Shown: positions 8,948 through 19,049, counted from the first letter of the stretch. The stretch: DNA of 64,000 bases from an uncultured delta proteobacterium (GCA_963711565.1 CAVQEQ010000003.1:1344001-1408000); one strand, 5' to 3'. The notes: generated by a model from the letters alone, not told the origin. A program made the numbers and translations.

Positions 8948-9760
8948 TTACCCAGCTATCGGGTGCGACTTTACGAACGGCACGAATATTTTCAGAAATT
9001 CTTCGCGCGCATCCATGAACGCGTGTCCGACGTCGGGGATGATGTGCAATTTAGCACCCGGTATCTGCGACGCGATTATTTCCGAGTTCTTCGCCGGGAT
9101 TAGCACGTCCTCGGCACCGGTCACGACCAGGGTCGGCGCCTTGATTTGCGGCAGGCGCTCGTAGGTCTTCAGCGTGTAGGTCGCTTCGAGCTGGCGTTGG
9201 AACGCGTACGGCGGGGTCGGATACTCGAGCAGGCGCGGAATCGCGGCCTCGAGCACATTGCGATGCTCGGCGATGTACTTCGGCGTATGCCCGAGCGGCC
9301 ATCCGCGCCGAATCACCTCTTCGGGAGAAACACCTTCGCGCGGCGCGGTCAGAATTTTCAACGATTCAGGCGGCGGCGGCACGCCATGGGTCCCGCCAGC
9401 CGTGGTGCATCCGAGCGTAAGAGTCGCGGTACGCTTCGGGTGCCGCAGCGCAAACTCCTGCGCGATCATCCCGCCCATCGAGACGCCGAAGACATGTGCC
9501 CGTGGAATGTCGAGCTGGTCGAGCACGCCCGCCGCGTCATCGGCAAACATCTCGATCGAATACGGCGCGTCGGGCTTGTCGCTCTGACCGGTGCCGCGAT
9601 TGTCGAACGTGATCACGCGAAACGTGCGCGAGAGATCGGTTACCAGCTCCGGATCCCACATCGCGGAGCTCGCGCCGAGGCCCATGATCATCAGGAGCGG
9701 CTCGCCATTGCCGGCCATGTCGTAGTTGAGTTTCACTCCGCCGACTTGAATCTTTGGCAT
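8948..9760 (-). CDS. Alpha/beta hydrolase
   Basis: DNRGTGQS, GVSMGG nucleophile elbow, D and H triad residues. Confidence 0.9.
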   Translation of the reverse strand: MPKIQVGGVKLNYDMAGNGEPLLMIMGLGASSAMWDPELVTDLSRTFRVITFDNRGTGQSDKPDAPYSIEMFADDAAGVLDQLDIPRAHVFGVSMGGMIAQEFALRHPKRTATLTLGCTTAGGTHGVPPPPESLKILTAPREGVSPEEVIRRGWPLGHTPKYIAEHRNVLEAAIPRLLEYPTPPYAFQRQLEATYTLKTYERLPQIKAPTLVVTGAEDVLIPAKNSEIIASQIPGAKLHIIPDVGHAFMDAREEFLKIFVPFVKSHPIAG

Positions 9761-9770
9761 TTCGATATCC

Positions 9771-10205
9771 TCACTTGTTAACGCAAAATCCTCGCTTCTT
9801 CATATACTCGACCGAGTTATCGGTCAGCGGCGACTCCGGCGTGGCGTCGGCCCGTAAGACCGAAGTATGTTGCGGATCGTAATAGCACATCAGCTTGATA
9901 GCCTGGCCCGCGGGAATTTGAAATTCGATTGAATCGGGAAGATTGGGCGGTCCGTAGGAAGGCATCGGCATTGTCGCCTTCTGCTCCGCCGGCGGCGCTG
10001 CGGTCTCTCCTTCGTCCTGGCACATCTTGATCGCGTCGATGCGGCAACTGCCGGGCGCGGCCGGCGACATTTGCATGCTCGCCAGATTCATTCCCGGCGG
10101 TTGTTCCTCTTTGCTCGAGCACGACGCGGTACAAGTCGCGATCGCCACGAAAATCACCAGCGCCGCGATCCTCGCGATTCTCGACATGAACGGCTCCGTC
10201 ATCAT
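9771..10205 (-). CDS. Hypothetical lipoprotein
   Basis: Signal peptide ending TASC; four further Cys in the mature part. Confidence 0.6.
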   Translation of the reverse strand: MMTEPFMSRIARIAALVIFVAIATCTASCSSKEEQPPGMNLASMQMSPAAPGSCRIDAIKMCQDEGETAAPPAEQKATMPMPSYGPPNLPDSIEFQIPAGQAIKLMCYYDPQHTSVLRADATPESPLTDNSVEYMKKRGFCVNK

Positions 10206-10215
10206 CAGGACCCGC

Positions 10216-11526
10216 TCAGGCTGCCGTCAACGCGACCGCGTTCACGTCGCCGCGCGCTCGCACCTCATTTCCAGCCTTGCGGCATCGAAGGATCAGCTCG
10301 CTGCGCGCGATGTAAGCGATCTCCTCGATCACGATTCCGTAGCGTGCGAGGATCTCGCGGAGCTGGTCCAGCGTGTAGTGGGTGATGTGCTGATCCTTGT
10401 ACCCACCGGGCATCAGGAAGCCGTAAATCGGTTCGATAATCCGCCAGCCAATCGTGGCGTAGTCGGGCGTGCCGAGGATAAGGGTGCCTCCGGCCCTGAG
10501 CACGCGATGCATCTCACTGAAAATCGACTCGTCGTATCGAATGTGTTCGATGACCTGCGAACTCATCACGCAGTCGAACGAACCGTCCTTGAACGGCAGC
10601 GCGAAGGCCGACCCGTTGACCAGCGGTATTTCGTAGCGGCGGAGAAAGCGCAGCTTTGCGTAGTTGAAATCCATGCCGACCACGTTGTTGAGGCTCTGCA
10701 CGATCAGGCTCGAGCCGCATCCGGCGTCGAGTACGCGACCCGCGCCGCGCGCCCATAGCACGGTGATACGGTGGCGGCGGCGTTGCCAGTAGCGCTGCGG
10801 TGGAATCAGGCTGTAGAAGGCGCGTTCGTCGTAGTCGGCGGACATAAGCGAGTTGCGGATTTTCCACAGCGAGATCGAAGAACGGAAGATCTTCCAGCCA
10901 AAGCTGAACAGCTTCGCGTGCGAGCGTCCGGCGCCGCGGGGAAAATACGTGAACGGAACCTCCACGACGCTGAATCCGCTGGCGTAGGCTTTGACCAGGA
11001 TTTCTTCCTGCACTTCGAAATTCGATGACGTAAGTTTCTGCTCGGCGAACACTTCGCGCCGGTAGAGGCGATAGCCGCTGGACATGTCGAGCACCGGTAT
11101 CGAGAGTATCCGCCGCAACATCTGGTTCAGAAACCAGCTAGTCGAGCGGCGGATGAAATCGGAATAAGCGACGCCGCCGAGGACGTAGCGCGACGCGACC
11201 ACGATGTCGCCGTGCTTGCGCGCCCGCCACATCTTGACGAAGAAATCGGGGTCGTGCGATTGATCGGCATCGAGCGTCAGTACGTAGTCGCCGCGCGCCT
11301 CTGCGATCCCGGTTTCCAACGCGCCCGCGTATCCGCGCTTGCGTTCGCCAACGACGCGCGCGCCGAGCGCCTCCGCCGTTTCGCGAGTGCCGTCGGTCGA
11401 AGGGCCGTCCACCACGACGATCTCATGGGTAAGCCGCTCGCGATCGAGCGCCTCGATGATCCTGGGGATCAGCACCCTCAGGTTCTCGGCCTCGTTCATT
11501 ACCGGCAGAACAACGGAAACGTCCAT
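10216..11526 (-). CDS. GT2 (Dol-P-Man synthase-like) glycosyltransferase fused to a class I SAM methyltransferase
   Basis: VVDGPSTDGT, LDADQSH (DxD), VASRY; C-terminal VLDAGCGS, LPFKDGSFD, QVIEH. Confidence 0.85.
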   Translation of the reverse strand: MDVSVVLPVMNEAENLRVLIPRIIEALDRERLTHEIVVVDGPSTDGTRETAEALGARVVGERKRGYAGALETGIAEARGDYVLTLDADQSHDPDFFVKMWRARKHGDIVVASRYVLGGVAYSDFIRRSTSWFLNQMLRRILSIPVLDMSSGYRLYRREVFAEQKLTSSNFEVQEEILVKAYASGFSVVEVPFTYFPRGAGRSHAKLFSFGWKIFRSSISLWKIRNSLMSADYDERAFYSLIPPQRYWQRRRHRITVLWARGAGRVLDAGCGSSLIVQSLNNVVGMDFNYAKLRFLRRYEIPLVNGSAFALPFKDGSFDCVMSSQVIEHIRYDESIFSEMHRVLRAGGTLILGTPDYATIGWRIIEPIYGFLMPGGYKDQHITHYTLDQLREILARYGIVIEEIAYIARSELILRCRKAGNEVRARGDVNAVALTAA

Positions 11527-11625
11527 GCGGGCTCAGTTTCCTTTATGCTCGAAGAAAAGGGAATATGCGGAACGTCGCGCGCCGGGCGCTCGCGTAGTAA
11601 TCTCTTGTGGCGGATGAGGACGGGC

Positions 11626-12867
11626 GTGCGGAAAAAATCAATTTCAAAAATCATTGTGTTTGCGGCGATCGCTATGCTGACGGCGACCCCGTCCTTTGCG
11701 CGGGTCATCCACCGGCATCCTGTCCCGACGAAGCTCGCGCCCGAAGAAACGCCCGCAGTACCGCTGTCCGCGATTCACGTGCTCGGAGATAGACCGGCGC
11801 CGTTCGCCCTCGACGCAAGGGCCGCCTGCATGATCGACGCCGACACCGGCGCGGTGCTGTACGCGTACAACGAGCACGAGAAGATGCAGCCCGCCAGCCT
11901 CGCCAAGATCATGACGTTCTACATCTCCCTCGATGCGCTGAAGGCCGGCAAGATCGCGCCGACTACCAACGTCACGATCAGCGAGAATGCCTGGCGGCTT
12001 TCGATGAACGACACCGTCTCGCGGATGTTTCTCGGTGTGGGGCAGAAGGTCGCCGTCAACGATCTGTTGTTCGGTCTGATGGTGTCGTCGGGCAATGATG
12101 CCGCCGTGGCGCTCGCCGAATATCTCGGCGGCAGCACCGACGCGTTCACGGGGATGATGAATGACAAGGCCAAGGAAATTGGGCTCAAGGAGAGTCACTT
12201 CAACAACCCCGACGGCTTGCCCGACGAAGGCGAGTTCACCACCGCGGCTGACATGGTCGCGCTGGCGCACTCGCTCGTAACTCATCATCCGGAAGCGATC
12301 AAATACACCTCGGCCAAGGAATTCACCTTCGACAAAATCTCGCAGCCCAATTTCAACCGGCTGCTGCTCCACGACGCGCGCGTGACCGGAATTAAAACCG
12401 GCCACGTTGACGAAGCGGGCTATCACCTGGTCGCGTCGGCGTCGTCCAACGGGATGAATCTGCTGTCGGCCGTGCTGGGCGCGCCGAACGAAACTAAACG
12501 CATGACGGAATCCGAAAAATTAATCGACTGGGCGTTTCGCACTTTCGTCAGCTACCGGCCCGATCTGAAGAAGTCCGTACCCGCCGCGATACCCGTTCAC
12601 GACGGCGTCGCCGAAACTGTCGCTATCGGACCCGACGGCGACGCGGCGTTTACGCTCGGGCGCGGCGAAGAGACCAAGGTGACGGTTCAATTCGAGCCCG
12701 CGGTGAGGTACCTGGAAGCGCCCGTTCATCCAGGCGATTCGGTTGGAGATCTAACGGTCTTGCTCGCCGGCAAGCCGCAAGCGACGATTCCGATCGTAAC
12801 CAAAGCTGGAGTGGCTCGCGCGGGATTCTTCGGCCGCCTCGGTCAGAAGTTCAGCCGCATGCTCTAA
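11626..12867 (+). CDS. dacA: D-alanyl-D-alanine carboxypeptidase (PBP5/6, peptidase S11)
   Basis: PASLAKIM (SxxK), SGNDA (SxN), KTG; signal peptide; GAGGA RBS before the GTG. Confidence 0.9.
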   Translation: MRKKSISKIIVFAAIAMLTATPSFARVIHRHPVPTKLAPEETPAVPLSAIHVLGDRPAPFALDARAACMIDADTGAVLYAYNEHEKMQPASLAKIMTFYISLDALKAGKIAPTTNVTISENAWRLSMNDTVSRMFLGVGQKVAVNDLLFGLMVSSGNDAAVALAEYLGGSTDAFTGMMNDKAKEIGLKESHFNNPDGLPDEGEFTTAADMVALAHSLVTHHPEAIKYTSAKEFTFDKISQPNFNRLLLHDARVTGIKTGHVDEAGYHLVASASSNGMNLLSAVLGAPNETKRMTESEKLIDWAFRTFVSYRPDLKKSVPAAIPVHDGVAETVAIGPDGDAAFTLGRGEETKVTVQFEPAVRYLEAPVHPGDSVGDLTVLLAGKPQATIPIVTKAGVARAGFFGRLGQKFSRML

Positions 12868-12877
12868 CCGCGCCGCA

Positions 12878-15800
12878 CTACGATTTTAATTCTTCGAGGA
12901 TCGCCTTCGCCTCGCGCAGATCGCTGGTATCGAATCCCTCGGTGAATAGCGCGAACACCGGCGCCAGAGCTGCGCGAGCATCGTCGCGCCTGCCGGTCTT
13001 CACCAGCAGCCGCGCCAGGCTCGACGCCGCGCGCAGCCGCCATGAGTTCGCGCCCTGACGCACTGCAATCTCGATCGCACCGCGGAAGCATCGCTCGGCT
13101 TCGGCGGCGCCGTCGGGACGCAGCAGCATCGCCTCGCCGCGGAGCCTGTGCACTTCAACCTCGAGCAGGCGATGGTCCTTTTGCTCGACCCGTCGCGCGA
13201 TCTCGTCGAGCGCGCGCAGACATTCGTCCACTCGTTTCATCGTGAGATACACTTCCGCCAGCATGATGAAAGAGAACGTGTAGATCAGGTCGGCGCCGCT
13301 TGCGGCAAGTTCCTCCACTGCCTCTTTCAGCATCGCGAGGCCGGACATCATCGCCGCTTCATCGCCACGAAATTCGCCCTCGCCGGCGACCGTGCGCGCC
13401 AGGCACATCTTTCCGGCCGCCAGCCAAAACGGCAGTCCATTTTCGCGCGACAGCTCGATCAAGGCCTCCGAACGGGGCCGCACCTCGTCGTACTCATGCC
13501 GGAAATGCATCAGCACGATCGCGTACAGGTTGGCAAACGCGACGCTGAAGGGACGGCGAAGCTGCACCGCCATTTCGTTTGCCTCGTCCATCCTGCGTTT
13601 CGCCTGGTCGGGGAATCCGGCCATATGCAGCGCCCACGCAAGATTGCAGCGTGACGGTGTGACCGGCGCCTGCATCATCCGCAGATAGCGCGGAAGATCG
13701 CCGTCGAAGCCTTTGGCGGCAATCTCCAGGTGTTCGCGCGCCGCGGGAAACTCGCCCATCCAGAGCTGCGAAGCCCCCATCGCGTTGTGCGCCACCGCCG
13801 ACGCGAGATCGGATTCCATGCGCCACGCCAACACGAGCAATCGATCCGCCAACAGGCGGCTTTCGCGCAATTGTCCGTTGGCGTGATCGAAGCTCCACAG
13901 CGACGCCAGCACGCCGAAGATCTCTGGCGTCTCACCGGCGCGGCGGCAAAGTTCCTGCGCACGCTCGATATTGGTCGCCAGCTCCGCCGACGAAAATCCC
14001 TGGACCGCGACCAGCAGCGGCCCCATCATCATCTGGATCTTCAGCTCGATCTGGTCGCGCTCCCGCGATTCCGGCATCGTCGCGATCAGCCGCAACGCCT
14101 CGCGCCCATACCCGATCGCGTCATTGTAGGCTGACCGCGCCCCGGCCTGCTCGGCCGCGCGGCGCAAATATTCGACCGCCTTGGGCGCGTTGGCGCTGCG
14201 GCTATAGTGATGAGCCAAATCAGCTACGTGATCGTCCAACGTCGCCGCGAAAATCTCCTCAAGCGCCGCCGCGGTGCGCTCGTGGATGACCCTGCGCCGC
14301 TGCATCAGCACCGAGTCGTAGGCGACCTCCTGCGTCAGCGCGTGCTTGAAGGTGTATTCGTTTTCGGGAAACGCCGGCTGTTCGTAGATGAACTCCGCCG
14401 CCTGCAGGTTCGACAACATTGGCGCAAGCGCGTCGTCAGGCTTGCCGACCACGCGCCGCACCAGGCCGATCGGAAATTCCTTGCCGATCACCGCCAGCGA
14501 TTGCAGCAGGTCCTTGTCCACCGCCGCGAGCTTGTCGATTCGCGCGGCCAGGATTCCCTTGACCGTCAACGGTATCTCGATCGACGTGAGCGGCTTCGCA
14601 ATCGACACCTTGCCGTCGCGGATCAGCACGCCTTGGTCGAACAGCACCTGCACCATCTCTTCCATGAAAAATGGATTGCCCTGGGTGCGCTCGATGATCG
14701 TCGCCTTCAACGAATCGAGCGCGATGTCGTCGCCCAACATCGCCGACAGCAGCTCGGCCGCGTTGTCGGCTCCCAGCGGATCGAGCCGCATCTGCGTGTA
14801 GTAGGTTTTGTTGCCCCAGTTGTGGCGATACTCGGGCCGATAGTTGACCATCATCAGAATTTGCGCGGTGCCGATCGAATCGGCGATCAGGTTCAGCAGC
14901 GCTTCGGACTCCGCGTTGACCCAGTGCAGGTCCTCGAAAATAAGAATCAGCGGCTGATTGAGGCTCTCGCGCACGATCAGGCTCTTGACCGCCTCGCGCG
15001 TGCGGCGGCGGCGGATCGAAGGATCCATCTCGTCGAGCCGCGCGTCGCCCGACGGAATTCCCAGCAGCGCAAACAGATGCGGCAGCGTATCCTCCAGCGC
15101 GCGATCGAGCGCAATCACTTTACCGGTGACCTTCTCGCGCCGCGTGCGTGCGTCGTCGCGATCGGCGATTCGAAAATAAGTCTTGAGCAGATCGACCACC
15201 GGCAGGTAGGCCGACGCTTTGCCGTGCGAGAACGAGAATGCTTCGAGCACCAGGCATTCAGCCTGCCGGCGCATCTTGAATTCGTAAAACAGGCGCGACT
15301 TGCCGACTCCGGCCTCGGCCATCGCCGCGACGATCTGCCCATGCCCATCGCGCGCCAGTTCGAGCGCCTTGTCGAGTTGCTCGAGCTCAGTGTGCCGTCC
15401 GACGAACTTCGACAGCCCGCGCGACGCCGACATCTGAAGGCGCGTCCGGAGCGGGCCGATCCCGATCACCTCATACACATTGATCGGATCGGTGACGCCC
15501 TTGATTCGCGCCGGGCCGAGCGGTTTCAGGTCGAAGTAGCCGGCCGTGAGTTTTTGCGTTTGCTCCGTGATGACGATCGAGCCGGTCGGCGCGAGGGTTT
15601 GCATACGCGCCGCCAGACTCATCGAATGCCCAATCGGCGTGTACTCGGTATGCGCGTCGTCGGTGCGAATCGATCGCACCACCACCTCGCCGGTGTTGAG
15701 TCCCACGCGAATCTCGACCGGCGGACTTCCCTGTGCGCGCAGGCTGGCCGAATATTTCGCCATCTCTTCCTGCACGCGCAGCGCCGCGTAAAGTCCGCGC

Positions 15801-16267
15801 TGGGCGTGGTCTTCATGCGCGAGCGGCGCGCCGAACAGCGCGAAGATTCCGTCGCCGGTGGATTGCACGATGTAACCGTCGTAGCGATGCATCGCGTCGA
15901 TCATCAGCTTCAGCGCGGGATCGACAATCGCCCGCGCCTCTTCGGGATCGAGCCGTTCCATCAGGTCCATCGATCCCTTGATATCGGCGAACAGCGCCGT
16001 CACGGTCTTGCGCTCTCCGCCCGACGCGTCCGCGGCAGCCTGCTCCAGTCGCACGCGAACCGCAGGCTCGACGACAGACGAAGGGAGTTTCGCACTCGCG
16101 GCAGCTTCGCGAGCCGGCGTCAGTGCGGCGCCGCACTCACCGCAAAATTTGAACTCAGGTGGATTTTCGAGTCCGCAGCGCGAGCATTTGTTCCGCATCG
16201 CAGTTCCACAACTGCCGCAAAACTTCATGCCGCCCGGATTTTCCGTCCCGCAACTCGAGCATCGCAT
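12878..16267 (-). CDS. Class III nucleotide cyclase with double zinc ribbon, AAA ATPase and TPR region
   Basis: CxxC x4, ALFADIKGS, TGDG, AEAGVGKS (Walker A), FEDLHW, C-terminal TEGFDTSDLREA. Confidence 0.92.
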   Translation of the reverse strand: MRCSSCGTENPGGMKFCGSCGTAMRNKCSRCGLENPPEFKFCGECGAALTPAREAAASAKLPSSVVEPAVRVRLEQAAADASGGERKTVTALFADIKGSMDLMERLDPEEARAIVDPALKLMIDAMHRYDGYIVQSTGDGIFALFGAPLAHEDHAQRGLYAALRVQEEMAKYSASLRAQGSPPVEIRVGLNTGEVVVRSIRTDDAHTEYTPIGHSMSLAARMQTLAPTGSIVITEQTQKLTAGYFDLKPLGPARIKGVTDPINVYEVIGIGPLRTRLQMSASRGLSKFVGRHTELEQLDKALELARDGHGQIVAAMAEAGVGKSRLFYEFKMRRQAECLVLEAFSFSHGKASAYLPVVDLLKTYFRIADRDDARTRREKVTGKVIALDRALEDTLPHLFALLGIPSGDARLDEMDPSIRRRRTREAVKSLIVRESLNQPLILIFEDLHWVNAESEALLNLIADSIGTAQILMMVNYRPEYRHNWGNKTYYTQMRLDPLGADNAAELLSAMLGDDIALDSLKATIIERTQGNPFFMEEMVQVLFDQGVLIRDGKVSIAKPLTSIEIPLTVKGILAARIDKLAAVDKDLLQSLAVIGKEFPIGLVRRVVGKPDDALAPMLSNLQAAEFIYEQPAFPENEYTFKHALTQEVAYDSVLMQRRRVIHERTAAALEEIFAATLDDHVADLAHHYSRSANAPKAVEYLRRAAEQAGARSAYNDAIGYGREALRLIATMPESRERDQIELKIQMMMGPLLVAVQGFSSAELATNIERAQELCRRAGETPEIFGVLASLWSFDHANGQLRESRLLADRLLVLAWRMESDLASAVAHNAMGASQLWMGEFPAAREHLEIAAKGFDGDLPRYLRMMQAPVTPSRCNLAWALHMAGFPDQAKRRMDEANEMAVQLRRPFSVAFANLYAIVLMHFRHEYDEVRPRSEALIELSRENGLPFWLAAGKMCLARTVAGEGEFRGDEAAMMSGLAMLKEAVEELAASGADLIYTFSFIMLAEVYLTMKRVDECLRALDEIARRVEQKDHRLLEVEVHRLRGEAMLLRPDGAAEAERCFRGAIEIAVRQGANSWRLRAASSLARLLVKTGRRDDARAALAPVFALFTEGFDTSDLREAKAILEELKS

Positions 16268-16286
16268 CGCAACTGAGTTTAGCTGC

Positions 16287-16384
16287 TCACTTTATTGAAA
16301 GTGAAACCCTCCGCGGGTTTCACGCTTCCTTCGGCAGGGGTGACCTCCTTCGGCAAGCTCAGGACAGGCTCTGCACCCGGTATT
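16287..16384 (+). repeat. Two-hairpin repeat, copy 2, with an internal insertion
   Basis: Same core as copy 1; about 24 bp (TCCTTCGGCAAGCTCAGGACAGGC) inserted in hairpin 2. Confidence 0.8.
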
Positions 16385-16439
16385 AAGATAGCGAAGACGG
16401 ACCTAACTTCTCGTTGTGCGAGGAGAGGTCAGGATTGGC

Positions 16440-17126
16440 TCACCACTTCAGGCCCATCGCTTCGGTTAGGAACTTCATGAAAGGTGATCCGTCTGTGCAG
16501 GCTTTGGAAAATAGATCGAGGAACTCCGCCGAGCAGACTTCTTTGCGGGTGAATTCAGTGCCGCCGATGTAGTCCTTGCGCTTGATGTCTTCGATCATCG
16601 GATGGGCGGCGTCGTAACCTTTTGGCGGACGCGACAGCATGTCGCCCATCATTTCAAAGCGGGCTTTGAATCTTTTGTCGTTGATCGCGCTTTTCCATTT
16701 CGCGGGATGCGCTGCGATCGCGTCGCGGATTTTTGCGGTCGTCTCCGGCTGCGGATGCCATACGCCAACGCCGGCGAAAGCTTCGGCAGGCGAGAGCGAG
16801 AGGTAGAACGACGGCGAGCTGAAATGCATCCCGTCGCGATGACCGAAGGCCGCGGCCGCGTTGGTGCGATATGGAATCTTGTCGCGCGAAAAACGCAGAT
16901 TGCGGTAGATGCGCATCATCGATCCGCCGCTCGGGCGCGGGTCCGCCACGTAGCGCGGACTTATCTTGCTCAGCCGCGGCGCGAAATCCGCGATGAATGC
17001 GAGCATCGGCTCGCGCACATCATGCTCGTAGCGCGGCTTGTTCGGGATGAACCAGTCGCGATTGTTGTTGCGGCTCAGCTCCTCGAAGAAATCGAAAAAG
17101 CGCGGAGTGAAGTAGCGCGTCCCCAT
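16440..17126 (-). CDS. DUF2461 (TIGR02453) family protein
   Basis: NNNRDWF..NK..Y, RIYRNLRFSRDK.PY, PKGY...HP. Confidence 0.88.
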   Translation of the reverse strand: MGTRYFTPRFFDFFEELSRNNNRDWFIPNKPRYEHDVREPMLAFIADFAPRLSKISPRYVADPRPSGGSMMRIYRNLRFSRDKIPYRTNAAAAFGHRDGMHFSSPSFYLSLSPAEAFAGVGVWHPQPETTAKIRDAIAAHPAKWKSAINDKRFKARFEMMGDMLSRPPKGYDAAHPMIEDIKRKDYIGGTEFTRKEVCSAEFLDLFSKACTDGSPFMKFLTEAMGLKW

Positions 17127-17136
17127 CGCTCGCGAG

Positions 17137-17979
17137 TCAGGCCTGAATGAATTCGTTGAACATTTTGAAGAAGCGATCCGGCTGATCGCGATGCACCCCG
17201 TGTCCCGCGTTCTCGAACACTTCGAGCCGCGCCACTCCCGGCGTCATCGCCGCGGCGATATCCTTCGAGTCGGCGACCGGCAGGATCGGATCGAGTTCAC
17301 CGGCGGTAATCAGCGTCGGGCATTTTATTTTTCCGAGGTCGGGCAGCAGGTTGAAGGTGTGAGATTCGTGCAGGAAGAAATCGGCGGTCAACTTAGGATT
17401 CATCACGATGCGCTGCATGGACTCGGGTATCGACGGAGTTCGGTTGTACAGCGGCAGACACTTCTTCTGATACTCGGCCATCGCTTCCGGCCCGGGATTC
17501 TCGAAAAATCGGCGCGCCACTTCGCGCACCTCCGGGCCGCCCAGTTTCTCGAACATATCAAGCGATCGATCCTGCCTACTTACGGCCGCCGTGCTGCTCA
17601 GCACCAGCTTGCCCGGATGATCGGGATGGCGCGTCGCGTACGAGATCGCGACCATCCCGCCGAACGAGACGCCGAGCACGATTGGGTGCTCGATCTCCAA
17701 CGCCTCGCAAAACGCGCGCAGGTCGTCGCCCCATTGCGGGAGATTCCATTTCGCCGGATCGCCACGATCGCTGCGCCCGTTCCCGCGATGGTCGAGATAA
17801 ATCACCTGCGCGGTCTCGGCGAGCCGCGAGAAGTCAGGCTTAAAGCTCGAATGATCGAAGCCGGGGCCGCCGTGCAACAGGATGATCGTCGGCACCTCGC
17901 GCATCTTCGCGCCGTCGGGCCGCAACTTCGCGCCTTCAACATCGAAGAACAAGCGAACGTCGCCGATTTGTATGCGCAT
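17137..17979 (-). CDS. Alpha/beta hydrolase (proline iminopeptidase-like)
   Basis: HGGPG, DHRGNGRS, GVSFGG. Confidence 0.88.
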   Translation of the reverse strand: MRIQIGDVRLFFDVEGAKLRPDGAKMREVPTIILLHGGPGFDHSSFKPDFSRLAETAQVIYLDHRGNGRSDRGDPAKWNLPQWGDDLRAFCEALEIEHPIVLGVSFGGMVAISYATRHPDHPGKLVLSSTAAVSRQDRSLDMFEKLGGPEVREVARRFFENPGPEAMAEYQKKCLPLYNRTPSIPESMQRIVMNPKLTADFFLHESHTFNLLPDLGKIKCPTLITAGELDPILPVADSKDIAAAMTPGVARLEVFENAGHGVHRDQPDRFFKMFNEFIQA

Positions 17980-18016
17980 CCGCGGATTTCTAACGCGAAC
18001 GCCCTTCAGGTGCAAA

Positions 18017-18250
18017 CTATCTCTCGATGCGCAGATGGAAGACGCCGTCGCGCGCGGCCGATTCGAGCACGACGTATCCTTCCGCCTCTGCCGCACCGGG
18101 GATGTCGCGGGCGCCGCGCGGATCGTCGAGCGTCAGTTCGAGCACCTCGCCGCGCGCCATCCGCTCGAGCCGGACTTTCGCGCGCGCCCAGTTGAGCGGA
18201 CACTTGACGCCTCGCAGATCGAGGCGAACGGTTTTTCCGCGCGCATCCAT
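18017..18250 (-). CDS. TusA/SirA-family sulfur carrier
   Basis: LDLRGVKCP, LEL.LDDP; 77 aa. Confidence 0.85.
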   Translation of the reverse strand: MDARGKTVRLDLRGVKCPLNWARAKVRLERMARGEVLELTLDDPRGARDIPGAAEAEGYVVLESAARDGVFHLRIER

Positions 18251-18318
18251 GCCTGCATGATTCTTACCACACGGCGCGCGCTCGTGAATCCGCCGCGCGA
18301 AATCGCTAAGCTGACGCG

Positions 18319-19020
18319 ATGTTCCTCGAAAGTCCCGAACTCTACGACGCCATCTATCACTTCAAGAACTACGCGCACGAGTGCGAGATTTTGCGCGCCG
18401 TCATCGCGGTAGCCGCGCCTGGAGCGCGCACGATCCTCAACGTCGCGTGCGGCACCGGCGAGCACGACAAGTTTCTGAAGCAGCACTACGCTGTCAACGG
18501 CATCGATCTCAACGAAAATTATCTGCGCGCCGCGCGGGTGAAGAATCCCGACGGCCGCTATACGCACGCCGACATGACCGACTTCGACTTGGCGGCAACC
18601 TATGACGCGGTGACGTGCCTGTTCAGCGCGATCGGATATGTCTGCACCGTAGAGCGTCTCAACAGAGCCGTCGCCTGCATGGCGCGTCACGTGAAACCGA
18701 GCGGCGTGCTAATCGTCGAGCCGTGGTTCACTCCTGATGCGTGGAAACCCAGCCATCCTTTCATTCACACCGGCGAAATCGGCCCTGACAAAGTCTGCCG
18801 CATGAGCCTGAGCGGCCATGAGGGCAATCTCTCTTTCATCGTCATGCACTATCTTAGGAGCACCTCCTCGGGTATCGAACACTACAGCGAGCGGCTCGAG
18901 TTGGGATTGTTCACGCGCGAGGAAATGACGCGCGCGTTCGACGCGGTGAATATGGATGTGCGCTACGACACCGAAGGCCTGATGGGGCGGGGGCTCTACA
19001 TCGCGCGGCGGCGTACGTGA
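18319..19020 (+). CDS. Class I SAM methyltransferase (sugar N,N-dimethyltransferase-like)
   Basis: YDAIY..KNY, VACGTG, DAVTCLFSAIGY, VEPWF. Confidence 0.82.
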   Translation: MFLESPELYDAIYHFKNYAHECEILRAVIAVAAPGARTILNVACGTGEHDKFLKQHYAVNGIDLNENYLRAARVKNPDGRYTHADMTDFDLAATYDAVTCLFSAIGYVCTVERLNRAVACMARHVKPSGVLIVEPWFTPDAWKPSHPFIHTGEIGPDKVCRMSLSGHEGNLSFIVMHYLRSTSSGIEHYSERLELGLFTREEMTRAFDAVNMDVRYDTEGLMGRGLYIARRRT

Positions 19021-19049
19021 GAGCGCACGCATTCAGCTCGATTCTCGCG

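Noticed and set aside
14207-16276. 689-aa plus-strand ORF and similar long ORFs (2252-3352, 26283-27722, 47436-48536, 30615-32840)
   Set aside because: Antisense shadows of well-supported genes, expected from GC-rich codon bias; no motifs.
18430-18460. Asp-to-Asn change in MTase motif I (ILNVACG)
   Set aside because: A single substitution in sequence that probably carries errors; not enough to claim inactivation.
18683-18698. Second parS-like sequence CGCGTCACGTGAAACC
   Set aside because: Four mismatches, not palindromic, and inside a CDS.
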